30,049 nt of DNA, from positions 1 through 30,049 of the IMG/VR virus record IMGVR_UViG_3300011441_000028; one strand, 5' to 3'. The stretch comes from a virus (lineage: Duplodnaviria; Caudoviricetes). The position numbers and the translations under genes are program-made. Of this stretch, positions 17,982 through 24,979 are shown piece by piece; the stretch's first letter is position 1; every line of letters begins with the position of its first letter. The notes beneath the pieces were generated by a model. It ran no database searches and was not told the origin of the DNA. It was given only the letters and a program-made list of their open reading frames with translations.

Positions 17982-18318
17982 TGTAACCCTTCCGCTCAGA
18001 ATGCCAGTTGATCAGGAATGCCTCGATGAGCTGTCCAAATGTCACTAAGTGATCAGCACAATATCTCCGGCACCACGCTTCCAGGTTCCCATCGATGTAT
18101 AAGGATGCATTCCTCTTTTCATGTGGTTTGAATGGACCCTGCATCTTGAACTCAGCATTGATGAAATTGAAGTTGGGTTTGATCTGTCCTTCTCGCAATT
18201 GCATTAGATAAGACTCAACAAACTTCGAGAATGATGTCTCATTCTCCTCGCAATATCCTTTTGCCCAATTGTGAAGGTTGCGATTGATGTAGATAGCTGA
18301 GTTCTGTCGTTGATCCAT
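17968..18318 (-). CDS. Tandem ribbon-helix-helix protein (116 aa)
   Basis: Two internal repeats: NSAIYINRNLHNWAKGYCEENETSFSKFVESYL and NASLYIDGNLEAWCRRYCADHLVTFGQLIEAFL. Confidence 0.7.
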   Translation of the reverse strand: MDQRQNSAIYINRNLHNWAKGYCEENETSFSKFVESYLMQLREGQIKPNFNFINAEFKMQGPFKPHEKRNASLYIDGNLEAWCRRYCADHLVTFGQLIEAFLINWHSERKGYNGKL

Positions 18319-18428
18319 GATATGCCTCTTGATTTATAGATAGGGCTGAAATGGCGCTTCACTAGGTTAACACAAGATGAAACAATAAAGCAATGCGTCG
18401 AATAGTAAGGTTGTGAAATTAGCGTTGT

Positions 18429-18787
18429 AATGGAGTCTGAATAGATGCTGAATGGGTGTGGATTAGTGGTTAATTAGGAGCCCTTCTATTAAGTGTTCAT
18501 TCCCCTGAAAACGGGCATTTATAAGTGTTCATTCGTGGTAGGTGTATGGGAGTGCCGTTCTTTACACATCATATATATATATAAAGAGATAAAACTCTAT
18601 AAATCATAAAACTCTATAGATTCTCGAAACTCTATAAAGAGCAAAAGTACCCTAGAGAATACACTCCTATACAGCGTACCCTAGTGAACGCTTATTTATG
18701 GCCGTATTTACTGGGTTGAACAGTTAATAGAAAAGGCACTAAAGAGAAACTAACCGATAGCTATTCAGCAACTATTCAGATTCCATT
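18429..18787. repeat. Long imperfect inverted repeat (arms 18429-18555 and 18661-18787) around an AT-rich core
   Basis: Hand alignment of left arm to reverse complement of right arm: about 90/127 identities with no gaps. Confidence 0.9.
18592..18636 (+). repeat. Three iteron-like direct repeats AAACTCTATA next to an (AT)n run
   Basis: Exact copies at 18592, 18609, 18627; ATATATATATATA at 18571-18583. Confidence 0.85.
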
Positions 18788-19316
18788 CGATAGCTAATAA
18801 TTGAATCGTACTAAATGCCCGCACCAGACCGCGCACATCCTAACTAAGATCAGCGATAAAGTCCCGTCTCGCCTGAAGCGAGACAATTCATCCATTGCAG
18901 CTCGGCCCAGGCGATGTCCTATCGGCGAAGCCGAATCTATATCGCTCCTCGCCCTGCGCTCCACGAGCCGGTTTTGATCAGAACCCTGCCCCCGGTCAAT
19001 TGAACAGTTTACAGGGCATCCTAGGGCCAATGAACACTTGTTTACGGCAGTATGCGATCGCCCCAAAACGCCCGTTTCAGGGAATCCATCTAGTGAGAAA
19101 ATCCCATCTATGTGAGCTATCTATAGATTGGAACTGATATCATCCATGAGTGAGCGAAACCAGGCCGAGCATGATCTGGCAGGATGTGAGTGCCAGGCGC
19201 TCATGTTACCTGGTGCGCGTGGATGATTGCGCCACGAGTCATCCACGAGACGACGCGGGATCGGCACGGGGCCAAAAGAAAAACGCGCCCCCCGTGAAAA
19301 AAGGTGCGTGGGGCGC

Positions 19317-19345
19317 TTGACTTCTACCGCCGCAGGGCGTATCCT
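19317..19345 (+). promoter_or_regulatory. Sigma70-type promoter of the stand-alone gene
   Basis: TTGACT-17 nt-TATCCT, 46 nt upstream of ATG 19392. Confidence 0.65.
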
Positions 19346-19391
19346 TATTGAGTTGGGGCGCGAAACAAACCCCACGGATAGGACGGGCCAG

Positions 19392-19925
19392 ATGGCAAAA
19401 GACAAAAAGGTAGAAGGCACGAAAGTAGTGACGCTGGAATCGTTGGAAGCCGGTATCACTGAGTTGGTCAACGATGGAATCGTGGGCCAGAACATCAACG
19501 AACTGATCGAAGCCGGTCAGATCAAAGCCGAGCTGGATGTTGTGGAAGTGGAAGCCGGAAAGTTTATCGGCGATTACGTCCGCTTCAGCATCGGAGAGAA
19601 GGCCACCAGCGCGAAGGCCATCGTGGCGGCGCTTCAGGCGATCTCCGGCGGAAACTTGAACGCGCCGATCAAGGAAGACGGCGAAGATGGCGAACTGGAT
19701 TGGCGGAAGCCTTCGTTGGTGAAGTTCTGCCTTTACGGGGCAGACCTGAACGCCCGCAGCCGCACATCGCAGCGCGTGAAATCGGCAGCCGAAGGCCCGG
19801 AGAAGGCCATCGAAAAGATGGCCGCCAACATCATGAAGGCGAAGCCGGGCAAGTACACTCAGGAACAGGCCGTCCAGATGGCGCGCATGGTTCTGGGTGA
19901 AGACGACGATACCGCAGCCGAGTAA
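19392..19925 (+). CDS. 177-aa hypothetical protein, independent transcription unit
   Basis: ATG 19392 after AGGA; GC-rich third positions; own promoter and terminator. ORF-track start 19227 lies upstream of the promoter and is unlikely. Confidence 0.8.
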   Translation: MAKDKKVEGTKVVTLESLEAGITELVNDGIVGQNINELIEAGQIKAELDVVEVEAGKFIGDYVRFSIGEKATSAKAIVAALQAISGGNLNAPIKEDGEDGELDWRKPSLVKFCLYGADLNARSRTSQRVKSAAEGPEKAIEKMAANIMKAKPGKYTQEQAVQMARMVLGEDDDTAAE

Positions 19926-19944
19926 CACGGCAGCGCGGTAGATC

Positions 19945-19975
19945 AGCCGGGGTCAGTGATGGCCCCGGCTTTTTT
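19945..19975 (+). terminator. Intrinsic terminator
   Basis: AGCCGGGGTCA-GTGA-TGGCCCCGGCT followed by TTTTT. Confidence 0.9.
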
Positions 19976-20056
19976 CATCTCACCTGGGCTTGTATGGTTG
20001 TTACTACAAGCGCCCGTCTTGATGTTAGGTTGTATGGTCATCAATACATGTCTTAT

Positions 20057-20161
20057 GACTCGAGCGACAAGGACAGGAGAGGACTCGAGCGACACCGGCC
20101 ATATGACTCTGTAGGACTCCATATGACATAAGAGGACTCTATAGACCCGCTGCGACGGGTC
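20057..20161. repeat. Cluster of short GACTC-core repeats and a small hairpin
   Basis: GACTCGAGCGACA at 20057 and 20082; CCATATGAC at 20099 and 20119; GACTC also at 20105, 20115, 20135; GACCCG/CGGGTC 20144-20161. Confidence 0.7.
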
Positions 20162-20347
20162 CCATGCCGCCGCCCCCCTGCGGAGCATTCACCATCCAAC
20201 GGATTAAGATAAGTTTAAAACTTGGGTCCCCTATTTTTCGGATACGGCTTCGCCAGATAAAAAGAAACCTCCTGGACGATGACCAAGGAGGAAGTGTTCA
20301 ATCATTGAACAGATAACTTTAGCCAATTTCCCCAACGAATGTGCCTC

Positions 20348-20376
20348 TTGACATTCTCAGTTCCATATGTTACCCT
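20348..20376 (+). promoter_or_regulatory. Sigma70-type promoter for the packaging/head operon
   Basis: TTGACA-17 nt-TACCCT with extended -10 TG. Confidence 0.65.
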
Positions 20377-20397
20377 AACGCCAGGCACAATCCTATC

Positions 20398-21054
20398 ATG
20401 TTCATCTCCAAAGAAGAACTGGATCAGCGCAGGTCTGAATCGTTTAACCTGGTGGAACGTATTCGTCCCCAAAATGACGGCGTTGCCGTGGGAAAAACGG
20501 CATCCTTTGATCCTTCTCGATTCAAACTTGACGGAACGTCAAGATCCAACACGAGATTAACTCCCGAAATGAGAGCCGTCGTCGCTGCTGCGGCAATCGT
20601 AAGTGGAGCAGAAGTAGCCGCAGAGATCGGTGACGTATCTGTAGGATACGCTGAAGTACTGGCTCGAGGTGAGTACAACAATTCTGGAAAATCTCCCGAG
20701 CAACGGGAGGAGCGCAATCAGATCCTACGCGATGGGATCTATGAAGCGCTCGGAAACATTCGAGAAAAAGCGCGTGAGAAACTCCTGAAAGTCCTGGACA
20801 TCATTGATGCAGACGCGCTCGAAAACATTCCTAATCGGGAACGTGCGAAAGTCGCCGCGCAGATGGCAAATCATCTGTCAGGAGTCATTGATCGAACGAT
20901 TAACAAGGGCGAACATCTGCATGATTCGAGATCTTCTCATCTGCATCTATACGCGCCCGAACGTCGTGAAGTTTCTGATTTCAAGGTGAAGGTTATCAAT
21001 CAATTGCCAGAGGCCAATGTTGAGGAATCCAATGCCACATCAAGCAGTGAATGA
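20398..21054 (+). CDS. 218-aa protein, probable terminase small subunit
   Basis: First gene of the operon upstream of terL; HTH-like 'AEVAAEIGDVSVGYAEVL' then long helices; start reassigned to ATG 20398 downstream of the promoter. Function is positional inference. Confidence 0.5.
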   Translation: MFISKEELDQRRSESFNLVERIRPQNDGVAVGKTASFDPSRFKLDGTSRSNTRLTPEMRAVVAAAAIVSGAEVAAEIGDVSVGYAEVLARGEYNNSGKSPEQREERNQILRDGIYEALGNIREKAREKLLKVLDIIDADALENIPNRERAKVAAQMANHLSGVIDRTINKGEHLHDSRSSHLHLYAPERREVSDFKVKVINQLPEANVEESNATSSSE

Positions 21055-21073
21055 AGTCCGTGAAGAAAGACGA

Positions 21074-21274
21074 ATGGATGGAAAGATCGTCCGCCTTAAT
21101 AAAGGATTCGGGTTCATCGAGGGGACGGACGGTCGGGATTACTTCTTTCATTGGTCGGAGTTAACTAAGTTCTCGAAGCATTTCCGCAATCTTCAATCTG
21201 GTGATCGAGTTAGCTTTCAACCTGGTCGGACCGATGATGGACCCAGGGCATTCGCAATCGATACAGTTGATTAG
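21074..21274 (+). CDS. Cold-shock domain (CspA-like) nucleic-acid-binding protein
   Basis: RNP1 KGFGFI, RNP2 DYFFHWS, 'FRNLQSGDRVSF', 'GPRA'; 66 aa. Confidence 0.9.
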   Translation: MDGKIVRLNKGFGFIEGTDGRDYFFHWSELTKFSKHFRNLQSGDRVSFQPGRTDDGPRAFAIDTVD

Positions 21275-21283
21275 GAGAATCCA

Positions 21284-21508
21284 GTGCCAATTGATAAGCC
21301 TTATGCGTATCACAAGCCTTCTGAAGACGGACTGGCAAAGATCAATAAACTTCGCGCGCACTTCAGCGAAGGAGAACGTCTGATGAAGGAGATCTGCCCT
21401 GAGTCACGTCATCGGGCAGTTGCCATCACGAACAACGAGACGACGGCAATGTGGGCAATCAAAGCCGTTGTTTTCAACGACCCGAAATCTGAGATTGACC
21501 CAAGCTGA
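21284..21508 (+). CDS. Acb2/Tad1-like helical-hairpin protein (candidate signalling-nucleotide sponge)
   Basis: YH.P...I..LR...CPESRHRAVAITNNETTAMWAIKAV pattern recognised by eye; AGGAG SD with GTG start. Confidence 0.6.
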   Translation: MPIDKPYAYHKPSEDGLAKINKLRAHFSEGERLMKEICPESRHRAVAITNNETTAMWAIKAVVFNDPKSEIDPS

Positions 21509-21511
21509 CCA

Positions 21512-23185
21512 GTGCCAGTTCAGATTGAATACTTCGATGGAGGAGTAAGGAGAGTTTGGAAACCATTTCCTAAGCAGGAAAAGTTTTTAAGCCTCCCGAA
21601 TCAAGTCTTCGAAGCATTCTTTGGAGGGGCAGTCGGCGGAGGAAAATCGGAACTACTAGTTCTTATCCCCATCTTAATGGGATGGCATAAGAACAAATAC
21701 TTTCGAGGCATTATCTTCCGTAGGACGATGCCTCAGTTGAAAGAATCACTGATCCCTCGTAGCGAGGAAATCTACAAAGCTGAAGGCGGCATCTACAATG
21801 CATCTGATCACATCTGGAAGTTCCAGAGCGGAGCGACAATCAAATTCAGCTACCTCGAGACGATGGCTGATGCCCGGTCGCATGACACAGCCGAATTTCA
21901 CTACGCCGCTTTCGATGAGCTTACGCACTTCGCTGAGGATGAATACACATTCATCGTCTCCTCGCGTGTTCGTTCGACGATTCCCGAGCTTCCCGCAACA
22001 GTCAGAAGCGCCTCAAACCCAGGAAACATCGGACATCTCTGGGTGCGCAAGCTCTTTGTCGAACCAGATCCGGACGGGACGGGTGATACACTAATCTTCG
22101 ACGACGCATCAAAGACGTTCCGTTGCTTTGTTAGATCGAAGCTGACGGATAATCCGTATTTGATGGAGAACGACCCGAACTATATTAACCGCTTACGACG
22201 TCTACCACCAGCGGAATATAAAGCAAAGGTCGAGGGAGATTGGTGGGTTTTCGCAGGGCAGGTTTTCAATGAACTTCGACTGGAGCGAATCATTGGTGAA
22301 CCTCAACATGCACTTCATGTCTGTGAAGCGTTTAAGATTCCGAGTTACTGGCCTCGAGTAATTAGCGTTGATTGGGGCGGCACCAATCCAGATCGAAAGG
22401 CCATGACTTGTGTCGGTTGGTATGCAATTGCTCCTGGTCAACGAGTATTCAAGTATCGGGAGTATGCGACCAAAGCGAAGATTGCAGTCTGGGGAGCTGA
22501 TGTCGCCAGGTTAAGTTCTGGTGAACCAATTAAACGAGTAGTTCTCGACCCCTCGGCATGGCAAGATCGAGGCGACCCAGCGACGATTGCTCAGCAATTC
22601 ATGAAGGCAAGTAACTTCCGAATTGTTGAAAAGGCTCATAACGACAGGATTGGTGGCAAGCAATTACTGCATGAATATCTGAGATGGGAACCACGCCCGC
22701 CCAGATATGTGCCGCCCGAAGGCTTCGATAATGAGCTGGCTCAGCGAATCTTCAGAATTCACGGCAAGAAAGGTCTTGGTGAATACATGGAGATGTTCGC
22801 TGCTGAGAAGCCTGAAGGTAATCTGCCTAAATTGTTATTTTTTCGCAACTGCATGGAGACGCTGAAAGTTCTCCCCATTTGCGTCTACAATGATTTAAGC
22901 AAGGTCGGGAAGAATCCAGAGGACGTAAAAGAATTCGACGGTGATGACGCGTATGACGAGACTCGATACGCAGTTAACGCTGTTGATAATCTCCTCGATT
23001 TTCCAGACGCAGAATTGGAGACATTGGTTGCTCAAGGTCAAATTGTGGATCGTCTCGAGCGCACTGGCGATCAAACGCAATATTATAGGGCTATGGAGAA
23101 GTTTGAGAGTACTAATCGCAACTCGGACTCCCCGGTCAGGCTCTATAACAAGACTCGCTTTAATCAAGGAATCCGTCGTCGATAA
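21512..23185 (+). CDS. terL: Terminase large subunit
   Basis: 'PFPKQ', Walker A GGAVGGGKS, Walker B AAFDELTHF, coupling motif SASNPG, nuclease SVDWG and DDAYDETRY. Confidence 0.93.
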   Translation: MPVQIEYFDGGVRRVWKPFPKQEKFLSLPNQVFEAFFGGAVGGGKSELLVLIPILMGWHKNKYFRGIIFRRTMPQLKESLIPRSEEIYKAEGGIYNASDHIWKFQSGATIKFSYLETMADARSHDTAEFHYAAFDELTHFAEDEYTFIVSSRVRSTIPELPATVRSASNPGNIGHLWVRKLFVEPDPDGTGDTLIFDDASKTFRCFVRSKLTDNPYLMENDPNYINRLRRLPPAEYKAKVEGDWWVFAGQVFNELRLERIIGEPQHALHVCEAFKIPSYWPRVISVDWGGTNPDRKAMTCVGWYAIAPGQRVFKYREYATKAKIAVWGADVARLSSGEPIKRVVLDPSAWQDRGDPATIAQQFMKASNFRIVEKAHNDRIGGKQLLHEYLRWEPRPPRYVPPEGFDNELAQRIFRIHGKKGLGEYMEMFAAEKPEGNLPKLLFFRNCMETLKVLPICVYNDLSKVGKNPEDVKEFDGDDAYDETRYAVNAVDNLLDFPDAELETLVAQGQIVDRLERTGDQTQYYRAMEKFESTNRNSDSPVRLYNKTRFNQGIRRR

Positions 23186-23501
23186 TGAAAAGGAACTCTA
23201 CACAGCTTTCATTCGACACCTTGAAGGTGAAGTCGCAGACCTCCGAGCCGAGAACAAGAGACTTCTCGATGTTGCACTTCTCAAGCCGTCAGTTCGACAA
23301 GCTGAAAGCTCTGAGGCATTTGAACCGCTCCGTCCATCGGGAATGTCAATGCGTGAAGCCGCTCGACGAGTTAGAGAATTCGAGCAGCAAGTCTTAGCTA
23401 AAAAGGACGAACCAGATGCCGGCGAAATCAGCGAAACAATACAGACTGATGCAGACCGTGCTTCACGGGGTGGGTCCGACAGGCAAGGATTCGCCGTCTA
23501 A
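23185..23501 (+). CDS. ~105-aa coiled-coil hypothetical protein with unresolved start (possible frameshift)
   Basis: Protein-like frame KELYTAFIRHLEGEVADLRAENKRLL... is -1 relative to the coupled ATG at 23185. Confidence 0.45.
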
Positions 23502-23565
23502 AGCTGTTGCGCGCGAATTTGTCGAAAAAACTCCGAAGAAACAACGCTCGATGTTCTCGAGATAG
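23416..23565 (+). CDS. 49-aa small basic protein (not in ORF track)
   Basis: MPAKSAKQYRLMQTVLHG...SKAVAREFVEKTP...; AAGGA upstream; stop 2 nt before next ATG. Confidence 0.7.
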   Translation: MPAKSAKQYRLMQTVLHGVGPTGKDSPSKAVAREFVEKTPKKQRSMFSR

Positions 23566-23567
23566 CC

Positions 23568-23795
23568 ATGATTTACCAGATCCCGATTGGCGTGAATCTT
23601 ACGGTTAACGCCGCAGAAGTTTACGCGCTCCCATCCGTGCCGGTCAAGGTTGTCGTTGGAGCGGCATTTGAGGTTTCGCCGAACTACGCTGGTCCATTCA
23701 CTGCTTACGTGGCAGGAACTGTCCAGAAGGGCGGTTGGATAAGGCCGACCGTTACTACAGGCATTCGCATTCAGAAGTCTTGTCCTGGAGTTTAG
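23568..23795 (+). CDS. 75-aa hypothetical beta-rich protein
   Basis: Fits the tightly packed operon between two small ORFs. Confidence 0.65.
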   Translation: MIYQIPIGVNLTVNAAEVYALPSVPVKVVVGAAFEVSPNYAGPFTAYVAGTVQKGGWIRPTVTTGIRIQKSCPGV

Positions 23796-23796
23796 C

Positions 23797-23913
23797 ATGG
23801 TAAGAGTAGGTAAACGTCCCACGAAACCAAGACTTCGTGTCAAAAAGCCGAAAGGCGCGCGCCCATCCAGATTTCGACCGAACGGCATCGGCTCGCGCCT
23901 GGTTAAAGAGTGA
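23797..23913 (+). CDS. 38-aa highly basic peptide (not in ORF track)
   Basis: MVRVGKRPTKPRLRVKKPKGARPSRFRPNGIGSRLVKE*; GGAG SD; GTGA overlap with next gene. Confidence 0.6.
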   Translation: MVRVGKRPTKPRLRVKKPKGARPSRFRPNGIGSRLVKE

Positions 23914-24590
23914 AAGTTCTCGTCGGTTGCGAATTCTCGGGTCGAGTCAGGGATGCTTTCGTTGAGCTGGGACACGATGCCTGGTCCTGTGACCTCCGAA
24001 AGTCCGAAAGACCTGGAAGACATATCGTTGGTGATATACTCATCGCTCTGAAGGACCACTGGGACTTACTTATTGCGTTTCCGCCCTGCACGCACTTATG
24101 TGTATCTGGAGCGAAGCACTTTAAGTTCAAGAAGGATCTACAGGAAGACGCACTCAAGTTCGTAGCAGAGATATTAAGAGCCAAAGTTGGGCGAATCGCA
24201 ATCGAAAATCCGATCGGAGTCATTTCTTCCCGTATTAGGAAGCCCGATCAGATCATTCAACCTTGGATGTTTGGAGATGGGGAACAGAAAGCGACCTGTC
24301 TCTGGCTTAAGAATCTTCCTCCACTGAAGGAGACGAGGGACTTCTCGCATGGTCGAGATGAACGCGTCCATAGAGAAAGTCCTGGTAAGCGTCGCTCCGA
24401 TAAAAGGTCACGAACCTATGTCGGAATAGCAGATGCAATGGCTCGACAGTGGGGAGATTTGCCAATCTTAGCATCTTCCGTTGATGAAGTTAAGATTGTC
24501 CCGGAGAAACTGATTAAGCCGAAGAAATGTCCCACTTGCAAGAGAGCCTGGAACGAGCAAGTCTGTAACAGCTGTGGATACGGATTCTGA
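23910..24590 (+). CDS. Short phage-type C5-cytosine DNA methyltransferase-like protein
   Basis: 'KVLVGCEFSG', 'AWSCDL', 'GDI', catalytic FPPC, 'IENP', 'KATCLWL', 'RSRTY.GIA.AMA.QWG'; C-terminal Cys knuckle. Confidence 0.78.
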   Translation: MKVLVGCEFSGRVRDAFVELGHDAWSCDLRKSERPGRHIVGDILIALKDHWDLLIAFPPCTHLCVSGAKHFKFKKDLQEDALKFVAEILRAKVGRIAIENPIGVISSRIRKPDQIIQPWMFGDGEQKATCLWLKNLPPLKETRDFSHGRDERVHRESPGKRRSDKRSRTYVGIADAMARQWGDLPILASSVDEVKIVPEKLIKPKKCPTCKRAWNEQVCNSCGYGF

Positions 24591-24592
24591 AG

Positions 24593-24979
24593 ATGGCAAA
24601 AAAGAAATTCGTTGGAACGGCGACAGGATCTCGTTTGATTCAGGATGATGAGGAAGTCAAGGCAAAATCGAAGGATGTCAATCTTCCAGACGAGAAGAAG
24701 GGTAAGCGTGTCGGCTGGAGTGACTGGAGAGGATTCAAGACAGGCAAGAAGCCTGGGATCATAAAAGATCCTATCTTCGGGGGAGAACCAGACGATCCTC
24801 GTTGGAAAGAGCACTTCGAGCGTGTCGGCAAGTACGCGCCTGAAAGTCTTGAGTCTGAATCGGAAAAGCGAGAACGCAGGCCCGTGAGCGATTATCGAAA
24901 AGATCCGCCAGCGGCTTACATCAGCAAGAAAGACAAAGAGAAGCTGATTCGTGAGGGCGAGAAACGCCGGAGAAGGTAA
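24593..24979 (+). CDS. 128-aa highly charged hypothetical protein (paralogue A)
   Basis: N-terminus MAKKKFVGTATGSRLIQDD shared with next gene. Confidence 0.75.
   Translation: MAKKKFVGTATGSRLIQDDEEVKAKSKDVNLPDEKKGKRVGWSDWRGFKTGKKPGIIKDPIFGGEPDDPRWKEHFERVGKYAPESLESESEKRERRPVSDYRKDPPAAYISKKDKEKLIREGEKRRRR

Noticed and set aside
18571-18641. Possible CRISPR mini-array
   Set aside because: Repeats are only 10 nt with 7-8 nt gaps; no repeat-spacer architecture, and the Cas4-like gene has no other cas neighbours.
18794-19498. ORFs 18794-19066, 18895-19137 and 19121-19498
   Set aside because: No SD, atypical composition, overlap repeat and promoter elements; treated as non-coding.
19239-19928. 229-aa antisense ORF
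   Set aside because: Shadow of the GC-rich + strand gene, whose promoter and terminator define the sense strand.
23185-23397. 70-aa ORF from the coupled ATG as a real protein
   Set aside because: Ser/Arg-rich and non-protein-like compared with the overlapping frame; kept only as part of the frameshift question.
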